Part shown: piece by piece, positions 41,720 to 53,004 of the stretch
How the letters are laid out: the number at the start of each line of letters is the position of its first letter
Position numbering within the stretch: position 1 is the first letter of the stretch
Assembly (NCBI GenBank): GCA_021513715.1
Contig: CP084167.1
Location: 736,001-800,000 of the forward strand
Direction: 5' to 3'
DNA: 64,000 nt
From: Candidatus Heimdallarchaeum endolithica
GTDB lineage: Archaea; Asgardarchaeota; Heimdallarchaeia; Heimdallarchaeales; Heimdallarchaeaceae
Notes under the pieces: model-generated
Database searches by the model: none
Seen by the model: only the letters and a program-made list of their open reading frames with translations
Told to the model about the DNA's origin: nothing
Position numbers and translations under genes: made by a program

Positions 41720-43102
41720 GTGAATAAAATGAGTCTAGAAGAACAAAAAAATCAAGTTTTGGAACTAACAGAAATAGCGCTTGAAAAAGCCAGAGCTCTT
41801 AATTGCGGTGCTTCAATAAATGTGAGTGTAGGAAAAGAGTATGCTACACGTTTCTCAAATAGTGAAATATTACAGAACTATGTAGATTTAAGAAGAATAA
41901 TGGAGATAACAGTAGTTTATAAAGACAAACAACGTGCTGCTTCAACTACAAACACTTTCACAAAAGAAAATATAGTCAATCTTGTTGAGTTTTTAGCTAA
42001 AGTTGCTAAATCTGTTTCACCAGACCCTGCTTACCCAGGAATAGTTAAAGAAAAACATAATTATCCTAGTTTAAAGTTAAATGACCCTAAAGCATCACGA
42101 GTTGACCCTGATTACATTGCAGATAGAATTGATGCAACTATTAATGCTGGTGAATCAATTGATAAGAGGATAGGAGGAGTATCTGGAAACTTACTTTTCT
42201 CTGATGGTTTTGAATATCACAAGTCTACTGCAGGAAACGAGCTTTTTTATCCTTCTACAGTAATTGAATCAACAATCAATATTAACGCTCTCAGTGGTGG
42301 AGAAGAAAGTAGATCAAACAGTATTTTTGGGAACAGATTCTTTGATAAATTGCCACTAGAAAAAGAAGCAGAAGAAGTAGCAGAAAGAGCTTTAAGAGGA
42401 TTAAACGCCCAATCTATTGAACCGGGCAATTATGAAGTAATACTAGACCACCAAGCAGTAAGTACAATACTATTTTTTGTAGGATATGCAACTTCTTCAA
42501 GATTGATAATTAACAGAGCAAGTTTCCTAAATGATAGAATCGGACAACAAGTTTTTGATGAAGATCTATCTCTCATTAATGACCCGCATAACCCTGAACA
42601 TCTATCAGCTAGGCCAATTGACGACGAGGGATTACCTACAACTAAGTTTCCAGTGATAGAAGAAGGAATTCTTAAGAATTACTCATATTCAAGACTAGAC
42701 GCAGCAAGATTAGGAGCAAAAGCACAAGGAACTGGTTTTTCATTTATGGGTAACGCAATAGGATTTCCATTTGCTGAAACAATTCAACCTGGAGACATGA
42801 AAGTAGAAGAAATGATTGCAGATATTAAAAATGGCTTATTAGTAACTAATTTGCACTATACAAACTTTGTAAACCCACCTGTTGGAAGTATAACAGGAAT
42901 GAGTAAAGATGGATTATTCATAATTAAAAATGGAGAAATCGTTGGTTCTGCAAAAAACATGCGTTTTACTGACACAATCCCAAACATACTCAAAGAAATT
43001 GATGTAGGAAAAGAACTTAAACAACCAGGAGGAAGGTTTGCAAATATAGTTGCACCTATCAGAACTAAAAACTTTAGATTCACAAGTAAAACATCACACT
43101 AG
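41720..43102 (+). CDS. pmbA: TldE/PmbA family protein
   Basis: TRFSNSEI, PGNYEVIL, DDEG, GLLVT..HY, TGMSKDGLF; no HExxH; follows tldD. Confidence 0.8.
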   Translation: MNKMSLEEQKNQVLELTEIALEKARALNCGASINVSVGKEYATRFSNSEILQNYVDLRRIMEITVVYKDKQRAASTTNTFTKENIVNLVEFLAKVAKSVSPDPAYPGIVKEKHNYPSLKLNDPKASRVDPDYIADRIDATINAGESIDKRIGGVSGNLLFSDGFEYHKSTAGNELFYPSTVIESTININALSGGEESRSNSIFGNRFFDKLPLEKEAEEVAERALRGLNAQSIEPGNYEVILDHQAVSTILFFVGYATSSRLIINRASFLNDRIGQQVFDEDLSLINDPHNPEHLSARPIDDEGLPTTKFPVIEEGILKNYSYSRLDAARLGAKAQGTGFSFMGNAIGFPFAETIQPGDMKVEEMIADIKNGLLVTNLHYTNFVNPPVGSITGMSKDGLFIIKNGEIVGSAKNMRFTDTIPNILKEIDVGKELKQPGGRFANIVAPIRTKNFRFTSKTSH

Positions 43103-44106
43103 TTTTTTTCTATTTTTATTTCATTTTTATTTAAAAAATTAAAAAAAAATAAGTTTTTTCAGCTTTTCAAACACTGGGAAATAATCTTATTCTTCTTCTA
43201 AGTATACTTGTTTGATTGTTTTCTCCTCTTCAGCAATTAAATGCTGTATTTTTTCATAGGGTGGAATAGTAAATATTGCTCCTTTTATTTTCTCTTTTTT
43301 CGTCCAATTATCTAATATTTCAATTAGATAATCTATTTCTGTTCTTACGATCTCTTTTGTCTTTAAGAGACCATAGACTTCAAATTCATAAATAATAAAT
43401 CTATCTCTTTTAGAATCGACTGTTCCATCTTCTAACATACTGGACTGACGTTTTACAACATTCGGAATCAGAAGTAAACCTTCAACATTTTTATTATGTT
43501 CAGTGCATAGAACAACTGCTTCTATGGGGATATTTGACGAAATACGCAGATTTTCTACACTTGTAACTAATGACTCAAATTGTATATTCTTACACAATTC
43601 TGCTAGTTTTTCTGCTTTGACGGTTATAGTATGTTCAGGTCCTAAGTGAAATTTATCGAACTGTAAATAATTAAGCATTGGAGCATTATCGAAAATATAC
43701 TCAAACTGGAAGAGAATATGATCTATTTCACCATCTAATTCACATCTAGGGCCTAATGTTGTTTTGTTGACAACTTTAAATCCATAAGGAGTAAGAATTT
43801 GTGTTATTTTTTCTAGTTCCTCTTCTTTGATAGGCATAAATCCTTTTACAAATTGCGCAAAATCATGTCGTTCTTGCTCATTTTCAAAAATAATTACTTT
43901 TCTAGAAAGTTTTTCTTTAGGTTTTTCTGTTGGAATGTATAGAGCAAATTTATATTTTAAACTCTCAATAATTTCATAAATTTTTGAACTATATGTTCTG
44001 TTATAGTATCTTTCTAATCCTTTTATAGCTAAAATAACAACTTTCTTTTGATAGTCACGTTCAAAGAATGAAGCAAGGTTTAAAATTGTTTCTTCTAAGT
44101 ATTCAT

Positions 44107-44869
44107 GGTAGTGTCTAGTTTTCTTCCGACAAAAATATTTGTGGGGACTCTAATAGTAAGATATGAAAACACAAAAACTATCTGCTCTTTTTAAGAGATG
44201 CAGAGTCCCCAAGAAAATAATAATAAAAGCTATTTATGAATATATTGGTTCAAAGAATGGGTTGAGGACAGTAGCATGGAAGAATGGTTTAACGCATCAA
44301 ACATTATGGTATTGGGTAAAGAAGTTCAGGCTCTTTAGGGAAAGTTTACATAGAGTTGTAGCAGAGAGAGGGGGAATACCAGAGATTATAGTAGTTGATG
44401 AAACAGAGATTAGGACCTCTCAAGGCTCAATATATCTGTGGTTCGCGTTAGATCCTTACAACAAGACTTTACTGGGTTTTAGTATTACTAAAGGACGGAG
44501 TAATCTTGAATGTTTACTAACTTTCCGTTATTGGTTCAAATGTTGGGGTTTTAAGCCCCGTATTATCGTTACAGATGCAGGGGTATGGTATCCTGTATTA
44601 CGTCGTCTAGGTATCAAAATCTCCGTTATCAAAGGTGGTTTACGCTCCTATATTGAACGTTTTAATGCTACTCTTAAGAGTTATCGTTGGTTTCATTCTA
44701 TTCTCCACTGCACTTGTCCTATCCGTGCCGTCTATGGTTCTACTCATCTTTCTGGTTTTCTTACTCTCTTTATGCTCCATTATAATTTCGTTCGTCCTCA
44801 TCAGAGCTTGGGACATCCTCCCCTTAGTTCCTTTTTACCTAGGAGGTGGTATAAAAACTAGACACTACC
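44107..44869 (+). mobile_element. IS6-family insertion sequence (763 bp)
   Basis: TIR GGTAGTGTCTAGTTTT / AAAACTAGACACTACC; direct repeat AAGTATTCAT at 44097-44106 and 44870-44879 (8-bp AGTATTCA if the flanking T/A belong to the TIR). Confidence 0.9.
44163..44861 (+). CDS. IS6-family DDE transposase
   Basis: THQTLWYWVKK HTH, VVDET, YLWFALD, IVTDAG.WY, IERFN..LK, YNFVRPHQSL. Confidence 0.85.
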   Translation: MKTQKLSALFKRCRVPKKIIIKAIYEYIGSKNGLRTVAWKNGLTHQTLWYWVKKFRLFRESLHRVVAERGGIPEIIVVDETEIRTSQGSIYLWFALDPYNKTLLGFSITKGRSNLECLLTFRYWFKCWGFKPRIIVTDAGVWYPVLRRLGIKISVIKGGLRSYIERFNATLKSYRWFHSILHCTCPIRAVYGSTHLSGFLTLFMLHYNFVRPHQSLGHPPLSSFLPRRWYKN

Positions 44870-46371
44870 AAGTATTCATAGTCATAACTTGTAAGTGCAA
44901 TTAATTCTACTATTTGTGGGAAAAAGGTTTCATCAATTGAAAATCTAGGATTAGCTAAAACAGTTCGATTGATCAGAGTTCGTGTTAAATCTTTAATTTT
45001 TTCTCTATACTGGAAATTATCTGAAGTATTTGCTAAGCTCCAAATACCTGCTAAAATAAAATGAACTATATCAAAAGTTTGAGCAAAGTCAATTAATCTC
45101 CCCTCAAATTCAAATTCATTAATTTTCTCTAATAAACTTTCATTTATTTCAAAAAGAAAATCTTCGTCTAGTTTCGACGCAAAATCTGCAAGAAACTTTG
45201 AATAAAAAAGTAGAGAACCTGAAACAATAAATAGATTCTTACGTTTTATGAAATTTTGAATAAAGGATAAGACAGTTTTAAGTCCATTTTTTGCAAACGA
45301 AACAAAAACGGGTTTAGTTTCTTTGTCAGCTACTTCTCCTAAATGAAAAGCGAATGAAACCAATGCTGATGCATGAAGTTGAACAGCTTTAGGAATGAAT
45401 TCAACCTTGTACTGAAGTTGAGTTAATATAGTAGTAATTAAAACCATACTAAAGGAGTTGTTAACAACAGTTTCTAATAGAGCTGCACGAGAACCTACGA
45501 TTTTCTTATCTATGAAAGAACTTACTGTGTCAAGAATTTTAACTGTATAAAATTCCAAGAATTCACAAACTAAATCCCTAACATTACGTGATTTTGATTT
45601 ATCGCCAGAGTAAAGCAATATTTCTTCAGATGAAGCTCTCCCTAATTTTTTCCAAACAGCTACTGCAAGAATGGGAACCAATGGAATTATTTTAATGAGA
45701 GAAGTTATATCTTCTTCTCCATTTTCGATGTCAATTTTTTGAATAAGCTTGTAGAATTCATCAACTAGTTTTTCTAGGGATTTAACTTTTTTAATCCCAA
45801 AATAGGAAAAAACAGTCTTTGATGCATTTTTTGAGAGGAGATAGTCTAAAGTAGGATACCATTTCACAGTAGAAGCTAAAAAAAGGTGCCAGTAAGTAAA
45901 GTCAATAGGATACTTTTTTACTTCAAGTTTCTTTGCAGTTAGGATTATATCACTAACAATTTTTGAAAAATATGCATCTAGATGCTCATTTGTTTCTTCT
46001 TTAATTTCAAAATTATCAGAAAAGTTAGCGCTACAATTTAAACAACTAGTAGAAAAACTTTCGATTTTTTCTCCACATAAAGAACAAAATCTTTCAGGAC
46101 TAGCGAGAACAACCCCACAATTAGAACATAGTTGCCCTATTTCGAGTTTCTGATAGTTTGTTGAACCACAAGCTAAGCATTTTGAGACTCTATAAGCACT
46201 ATTCATAGAATTCAAGAATAGTGAAAGAGTTTGATATTTATACTTTACTAGTTTTTTTGCCATAAAATTGCAATTTACTCTCTATTTTTACTCCCTTAAG
46301 TTATATACTTTGTATTTCGCTTGTTTTCGCTTTAAAATTCTTTATATATCTTATTTAGTTTCTTTTTTCTA

Positions 46372-47457
46372 ATGGAGATAAACCGCCTTTATAAAATTGA
46401 TTGTATAAAAGGACTAAAACAATTAGAAGATTGTTCAATCGACCTTATTTTTGCAGATCCACCTTATAATCTACAATTGCGTAACGAACTTTATCGCCCT
46501 GATCAATCCAAAGTAGATGCGGTTAATGACAAATGGGATAAATTCTATTCTTTTGAAGAATACGACAATTTCTCTTTAAAATGGCTGAAAGAATGCAGAC
46601 GTGTGTTGAAACCCACAGGCTCTATATGGGTAATAGGGACTTATCATAATATTTTCAGGATAGGTAAAATTATGCAAGATTTAGGTTTTTGGATACTAAA
46701 CGACATAATTTGGGTAAAAACGAATCCTATGCCCAATTTTAAAGGAACAAGGTTCAATAACGCACATGAGACACTTATTTGGGCTGCTAAAGAAAAAAAT
46801 GCAAAACCAACTTTTCATTACAAATCAATGAAGATTATGAATGATAATAAACAAATGCGAAGTGATTGGTATTTACCTATTTGTATTGGTAATGAAAGGT
46901 TGAAAAATAATGGAAAAAAAGTTCATTCTACTCAAAAACCTGAATCTCTACTCTATCGTATAATTTTATCTTCTTCAAATATTGGAGATCTAGTTTTAGA
47001 CCCCTTTATGGGTACAGGAACAACTGCTGCTGTTGCTAAAAAATTGAGAAGAAAGTATATTGGTTTTGAGATTGATGATTATTACATTAGTGAAGCAGAA
47101 AAAAGAATTGCTAAAGTTTTAACTTTATCCGAAGATCTTCTAGATTACAAAATTGAAAAAAAACCTCCTAAACTATCCTTTGGTATGTTAATTGAGAACA
47201 AATACATCGATCCTGGGGATTTTCTTTATTCTAGAGATTTAAAACACAAAGCAATTGTTAAGGCTAATGCTTCAATTGAATATGAAGGAAAAGTGGGTTC
47301 TATTCATTCTATTAGTGCTTTTATTCTAAGAAAAAAAGCAAATAATGGTTGGGAATTCTGGTACTTAAAGAATAGTTCAGGTGAATTGATATCTATTGAC
47401 TCACTAAGAAAAAAATTCGCTGTTAATGAATGGGGTGAAGAATGGAATGTTGTCTAA
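46372..47457 (+). CDS. CcrM/M.HinfI-like beta-class N6-adenine DNA methyltransferase
   Basis: [83 protein letters not shown]-terminal GSIH...NGWEFW. Confidence 0.9.
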   Translation: MEINRLYKIDCIKGLKQLEDCSIDLIFADPPYNLQLRNELYRPDQSKVDAVNDKWDKFYSFEEYDNFSLKWLKECRRVLKPTGSIWVIGTYHNIFRIGKIMQDLGFWILNDIIWVKTNPMPNFKGTRFNNAHETLIWAAKEKNAKPTFHYKSMKIMNDNKQMRSDWYLPICIGNERLKNNGKKVHSTQKPESLLYRIILSSSNIGDLVLDPFMGTGTTAAVAKKLRRKYIGFEIDDYYISEAEKRIAKVLTLSEDLLDYKIEKKPPKLSFGMLIENKYIDPGDFLYSRDLKHKAIVKANASIEYEGKVGSIHSISAFILRKKANNGWEFWYLKNSSGELISIDSLRKKFAVNEWGEEWNVV

Positions 47458-47520
47458 AAGAATAACCTTCAAATCACATTAAATGGAAAAGGTTATCATT
47501 AATGAAATCCATTTAGTTTT

Positions 47521-48831
47521 ATGAAGTTATCCAAGGACAAAGTCAACTACCTTATTTTTGAAGGTGGAGGAGGAAAAGGTGTTACTTATATTGGTGCTTT
47601 AGAAGCTCTTGAAGAATTAGATATCCTCAGATACACTGAAAATAAAATAGGAGAAAAGGTTGTTACTCATCTTGCCCCAGATTGCTTGAAAGGAGTAGCT
47701 GGAACTTCAGTAGGTTCACTTTTTGCTTTACTTGTATCTTTAGGTTACAACTCAAAAGAAATAAGAGAGTTGTTAAAAAGCAATTTAACGGATGAGTTTC
47801 TAGATACTATCGAATTTGGTTTCATTCAATCTATTTATAGCCAGCTTAGTGAAAAATCTTTTGTTAAAGACCCACAACTAGAACTATCCACAAATTTCGT
47901 TGAGAATAAATGGACTTCTTTTCTTCAAAAACAAGAGAAATCATTCAAAGATTTGTTTTCTTATCCTCTAAAGATGATTAAACAGGCAAATTATTATATT
48001 CTCTCAATGTTCATTAAATTTCTTCTTTATTATGAATCAAGAAAAATAAAGAATGAAAAATCATATAACGAACCAGAATCTACTTTTATTCCCACATTAC
48101 GCGACTTTGTACAATCAAAAACTCTAAAAAATGCTATCGATAAAATTTTGGATAAACCAGCTGATGCACTTAATAGTCTTAAATATGAATTCGGTTTTTT
48201 CCTTGGTAATGGGGCAAGAGAAGTTATAGATAGGTTAATTGAAAAAAAAACAGGAATAAGAAACTGTACTTTTAATCAATTTTATAACTTTTTAGGAATA
48301 GATCTTGTTATTACTTCTTTTGATTTACAAGCAAAACAAGTTGAATACTTGAGAAAAGGTTCTAAATGGGGAAACATCTGTGTAGCTGATGCAGTAAGAA
48401 TGTCAATCTCTATTCCACTAGTCTTCAAACCTGTAGTTATTAACATGAAAGACAAGTTCATTCTTCCAATTACAAATGATGTTTCTTATGCTCATTATTT
48501 CATTGATGGGGGAGCAGCTAACAACTTCCCCCTTCATGTTTTTGACAATGGAGAAGATAAACTAAATCCCAACGTTCTAGGATTTACTCTAACATATAAG
48601 AGACAATATAATCCTTTTATTGAAGAAATTACTTTCTTTGAATATTTAGAAGATGTTTTCCTTTCAGTTCTTAAACAAACAACATACTTACAATTCAAAA
48701 ATAAAGAAGAAAAAGAACAAGTAATAGAACTTAATCCAGAGTACGTAAAAGTACTTGATTTTTCATTTGATGAAATCCCAGAGGATATTATTCAAAATGC
48801 AAAGAAGAAAACCTTAGAATATTTTAAATGA
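47521..48831 (+). CDS. Patatin-like phospholipase
   Basis: EGGGGKG, GTSVG, RMSISIP..F, DGG..NNFP. Confidence 0.9.
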   Translation: MKLSKDKVNYLIFEGGGGKGVTYIGALEALEELDILRYTENKIGEKVVTHLAPDCLKGVAGTSVGSLFALLVSLGYNSKEIRELLKSNLTDEFLDTIEFGFIQSIYSQLSEKSFVKDPQLELSTNFVENKWTSFLQKQEKSFKDLFSYPLKMIKQANYYILSMFIKFLLYYESRKIKNEKSYNEPESTFIPTLRDFVQSKTLKNAIDKILDKPADALNSLKYEFGFFLGNGAREVIDRLIEKKTGIRNCTFNQFYNFLGIDLVITSFDLQAKQVEYLRKGSKWGNICVADAVRMSISIPLVFKPVVINMKDKFILPITNDVSYAHYFIDGGAANNFPLHVFDNGEDKLNPNVLGFTLTYKRQYNPFIEEITFFEYLEDVFLSVLKQTTYLQFKNKEEKEQVIELNPEYVKVLDFSFDEIPEDIIQNAKKKTLEYFK

Positions 48832-48848
48832 GTATTTTTTCTTTTTTT

Positions 48849-49525
48849 TCACAGATGAATTTGAATCTTGCACACGTCTCCTCCATTCATTACTGATTCT
48901 ATTACTTCTACTTTAACTGAACGCTGAAGAATTGTTTCCCAAATATTTTGGTAAAATCCTGCACCACAATAACAATAAATTTCAAGTAATTTTTTTCTTG
49001 ATTTATAAAAACATCTCTTATTCTAGGACAATGACAATAAATTTGCCTTTGTTTGTTTTTGTCTTCTTCTTCAAACCAATTTGTAATATAAGCGCTTTTT
49101 GGTATTTTTGTAGCTATTATACTATTGTCTTCCAAATTTCCAGCTAATCCCATTTTTCTTTGTAATATTTCTTTCTTGTATCTTTTTTTAATATTCAAAC
49201 TGAATAAAAACTGATCAAATTTTTCTCGCAATTTTTTATGTACAAGTTTAATATCTTTTGTTTTAGAGTATAATGTCTTTAAATCATCAAGATCGCTTTC
49301 AGGATAATGACAAGCACAACGTAGCATTATACGTTTCTGAGTTTCTTTATCAACAGTTTTGTGAAGTTTAATTAAAGCGTTTTCAGTCCATTTAAACACT
49401 TCTTCTCTACTTGAATATTCGGATAAATCGTCACTTCTGTCTAAAATATCTTTCTTTTTTTCTTCTGTAACTTCAGATTCGACACTTGTGGAGAACTTCT
49501 TGAACCAATATTTTTCAAAATCCAT
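48849..49525 (-). pseudogene. Cys-rich DUF6144-like protein, frameshifted at A7
   Basis: CACHYP, YCHCPR; one extra A in the coding-strand A7 (48990-48996) restores LLEIYCYCGAGFYQNIWETIL...ESVMNGGDVCKIQIHL*. Confidence 0.75.
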
Positions 49526-50132
49526 GAAATAATCAATCTAAAAGATAATCAAGAAGAAGAGTAATAGAAGAATTCTCTTTATCTTTAAATAGTGAATTCA
49601 CTGTAGGTTAAGCATGGTTCTAGAAGATCCAGAGAAGGATAATATTATAGAAACAATCATCTTTAACACTTTTTATGCATTCAATTCATTCGAATAGTTT
49701 TCTCTTTAATAAAATAAAAGTTTTTTCTTAAACTAAAACAACTTTTGTTTTCCTTATTTTCTTCTTTATTTGGTGTTTACTTATAATGAAAGGGTGTGGA
49801 ATATACTTTTCTTTGTATATTTAAATTGATGTAACAGATTTCAAGTTCTGGCTTTTAGTCTGATTTATTATGATATCCTCAAATATTGTTACAATTTTAA
49901 TACAATTTTCCTTCCAAAAAATTAAAGCAATTTTTATAGTTCTAATCTCTCACTCATCAATTCTCATATTTTCTGGAATTTATACGTTTTTCTCTTAAAG
50001 AAAATGTAAAACGATATCAATTGCAATAAAATGATTTTTATCTTCTCCTTGATGCTTAACGTTCTCAGAATTCTATTATTGATATTTTTAAAAGAAAAAA
50101 AGAAAAGAATGGGTATGATTGAAAAGAGTTTG

Positions 50133-51539
50133 TCACTCTTTTTCAATGTATTTTAGTTTTAGTTTCCTAAAAACAAAACTACTTATGATAAAAATCAAAA
50201 TTGCCCACAAAACAACGAGAATAAAGTCAAAAAGTAAAATAGTGATGTCCCCATTTTTTCCTAATAACAAAGCATTTTTCATAACAAGGAACGCTGGTCT
50301 AACAGGAAATATATCTAACCAAGTAAAGTTTTTCTTCAAAAAAGTAAAAGCAGGTTTAACTTGAAAGAAATATTCTCCTACAAACATAGCAAGAATAGAA
50401 CTAGAAAGGACTAATATTGGAGTTGCAGTTCGAGGTTTAATGAAACTTGTCACAAGTAAGGAAACAGTTGCAGTGATGAAACCAAGAAAAACTAAGGTCA
50501 AAATAGTCATCAACCAAGCTAATGGACCAACAGAAAAACTGAAGAATCCGAGCACAGCAGAAACAGTAATCAAAAACAGACCTTGAAGTAAAGCAATAAC
50601 TCCCCAAGCGAGAATTATACTTCCTATATATCCTCCAGCAGTAAGATTAGTCAGTTTTAATCGTTTTAAAATTTCTTTTCGCTCTTCTATTTCTGTTAAC
50701 CAAATTATTGAGATTGAAGACATTAGTATGCTTTGTATAATTTGCCCTGGGACAATATTAGAAAGGTATTCCTTTCTAAAGTTTGTAACTAAGTCTCCTG
50801 TTCCAGAATCAACAACGATAATACTATAGGTTATAGAGTTTTGAGAAGAATCATTAATTGAAGAAGAAAAATTAAATGATAAGCTGAATTCATTCTTGAT
50901 AACTTTCCAAATCTTCTCAGTATAAGAAAGAGTTGTGTTTTGAATATAGTCGTTAATTACTTGCCAAAGAACAGAGTAAGAAGTCATAGCTGTGTCGATT
51001 GCTATATTACCGTAGAAAAGTAGAGATAAATTAGCTGTTTCTTGAAGATAAGATGAAAGAGAGTTGATAGCTGCAGAAATATTAGCTGATTCTGATTCAT
51101 AAGTATTAAATTGTCTCCCAAGGAAATTAACTAAAATAAGAGAACTGTAAAACTTTGATATATTAAGCATTTGTTCAGAAAAATCAAAAGGGACTACAAT
51201 CCCTCCATCTATTTTTCTGTTGTTGATATCATTTTCCAAAGAATCAACTTCTGTATAGTTATGTATCTCGAAAGTTTTAATTTTATTTTCTAAATAGTGC
51301 TTATTCAAGAAATCATAGAATACTTCATCAAACATTATTGTTTCGTTAATGATATTATCGCTAATTCCTAGATCTTCAGAAATGTATCCAATAGGAATAG
51401 TTGTCGTTTTTTGTACCCAGCTTGTACTCAGAAAACCAAATAAAATTAAGAAAAATAATGGAAAACCTATTACATAAAAGTAAAACTCTTTTTCTCTAAT
51501 TATTTGTTTTACTCTAATAATGGTAAGGTATAATATCAT
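50133..51539 (-). CDS. ABC-2 exporter permease
   Basis: N-terminal TM, large external loop, five C-terminal TMs, ILKRLKLT. Confidence 0.8.
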   Translation of the reverse strand: MILYLTIIRVKQIIREKEFYFYVIGFPLFFLILFGFLSTSWVQKTTTIPIGYISEDLGISDNIINETIMFDEVFYDFLNKHYLENKIKTFEIHNYTEVDSLENDINNRKIDGGIVVPFDFSEQMLNISKFYSSLILVNFLGRQFNTYESESANISAAINSLSSYLQETANLSLLFYGNIAIDTAMTSYSVLWQVINDYIQNTTLSYTEKIWKVIKNEFSLSFNFSSSINDSSQNSITYSIIVVDSGTGDLVTNFRKEYLSNIVPGQIIQSILMSSISIIWLTEIEERKEILKRLKLTNLTAGGYIGSIILAWGVIALLQGLFLITVSAVLGFFSFSVGPLAWLMTILTLVFLGFITATVSLLVTSFIKPRTATPILVLSSSILAMFVGEYFFQVKPAFTFLKKNFTWLDIFPVRPAFLVMKNALLLGKNGDITILLFDFILVVLWAILIFIISSFVFRKLKLKYIEKE

Positions 51540-52516
51540 TTTCGCACCTCCAGTAAAAAATTAGAGTTGTTCCCATTCTTGTAAATTTTATTTGTAATAA
51601 AGAGAAAAGCTTCTTTTAGAGAACTTTTTTTGATGTTAATTTCATAGATGTCTTCGATAAATTTAGACGAAGAAATTACTTGCATAAGCTCTTGAACCTT
51701 TTCTCCTTTGAAGAAAAATGTTTGTTTAATTCGAATATAATCGGTTTTTTTGAGAGATTTGACTTCTTTATTAATGAAATCTTCGAATTCAGCATTTCTT
51801 TTTAAACATCCTACTTGTAGGACTTTATCTCCGATAAATTTATTAATTATATTCTCTATTTTTCCGAAAGCAACTACTTTGCCTTTGTCAATGATTAAAA
51901 CTTTTGAAGCTAGTGATTCTGCTACTTCCATTAAATGGGTGGTAAGAATAATAGTTATTCCTTCTTCTTTCAACTTTTTCAGATCTTCAGTTAATAAAGT
52001 TCTTGCTTCAATATCGAGTCCTGTAGTTGGTTCATCTAAGAATAGAAGTAATGGATCATTCATCAAAGACATAGCAATTGATAATTTCTTTTTCATACCT
52101 CCAGATAGTTTACTAGCAAGTTTATTTTGATGTTCAATCAAATTAAAATCAGTCAAAAATTTGTTTGCTTTTTCTTCAATTTGTGCTTTCTTTAATCCAT
52201 AAAGTTTTCCCATTAGAAAAATGTTCTCTTTTACTGTTAGATTGTCCCAAAGAAGATCTGCTTGTGGAACATAGCTGATACGTAATTTGTATTTACTCTC
52301 TAATAGCGACTCAACATTAATGTCAAAAATTCTAGCTGTTCCGCTATCTTGTTTAATTTGTCCTGTAAGAATCTTAAAGAGAGTTGTCTTTCCAGCACCG
52401 TTAGGTCCAATTAATGTAAACAATTCACCTTTTTTGACTTGGAAGGAAAGTTTACTTAGAATTGTTTTTCTGTTGTAAGTTTTTGTGAGATTTTTTACTT
52501 CTATAATATTTTCCAT
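51536..52516 (-). CDS. ABC-2 exporter ATPase
   Basis: GPNGAGKTT, LSGGMKKK, FLDEPTTGLD, TTH. Confidence 0.9.
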   Translation of the reverse strand: MENIIEVKNLTKTYNRKTILSKLSFQVKKGELFTLIGPNGAGKTTLFKILTGQIKQDSGTARIFDINVESLLESKYKLRISYVPQADLLWDNLTVKENIFLMGKLYGLKKAQIEEKANKFLTDFNLIEHQNKLASKLSGGMKKKLSIAMSLMNDPLLLFLDEPTTGLDIEARTLLTEDLKKLKEEGITIILTTHLMEVAESLASKVLIIDKGKVVAFGKIENIINKFIGDKVLQVGCLKRNAEFEDFINKEVKSLKKTDYIRIKQTFFFKGEKVQELMQVISSSKFIEDIYEINIKKSSLKEAFLFITNKIYKNGNNSNFLLEVRK

Positions 52517-52689
52517 TTTTATCTAAAAAAATCATTTAATCTAAATTATTTAAATATAACCGTATTAGGTGATGTTTATTTGATATAATTTATCAAGAGT
52601 GCTCTCATATGTTGAAAAAGAAAAAAAATTTGTTTTGAATATCTAAAAAATAAGATAATTTTTTAAAGAATGATAATTGTTTATTTCTA

Positions 52690-52941
52690 ATGAAGCCCCC
52701 AATTTGCGTTATATGTGGAAAGAGATTTTCACCAGGAACAGGAGATATTATCTATTTCAAAGAAACTGAAGAAGTTAAAGAATGGAATAAAAAAATGGAA
52801 AGAGAAGGAAGGGTTGGTCATCCAATAAATGCAGAATGGTTTTGTAATGAACATTTAGAGCAAGCTTCAAAACTCAGAGATTTACCTATTCAAGAAGCTA
52901 TGGCGAAGTTAAAGTTAATTTACTCTTCGAAGGAAAATTAA
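52690..52941 (+). CDS. Small putative zinc-binding protein
   Basis: PPICVICG...GHP..EWFCNEH. Confidence 0.65.
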   Translation: MKPPICVICGKRFSPGTGDIIYFKETEEVKEWNKKMEREGRVGHPINAEWFCNEHLEQASKLRDLPIQEAMAKLKLIYSSKEN

Positions 52942-53004
52942 GAAAATCTTACTTTTCTTTCAAACTTCAAATAAAAATTTTCATTCACTAAATTAGTTTA
53001 TCTG

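Larger units (their letters stand above)
43187..46263 (-). pseudogene. ~767-aa double zinc-ribbon protein interrupted by an IS6 element
   Basis: Removing the IS and one TSD joins ...TSYDYEYL to EETILNLASFF...GFMPIKEEE in one open frame (2304 nt); N-terminus has four CxxC motifs. Confidence 0.9.

Noticed and set aside
49526-50130. 600-bp gap possibly hiding an RNA or gene
   Set aside because: AT-rich; only broken short frames; no stems, TIRs or recognisable motifs.
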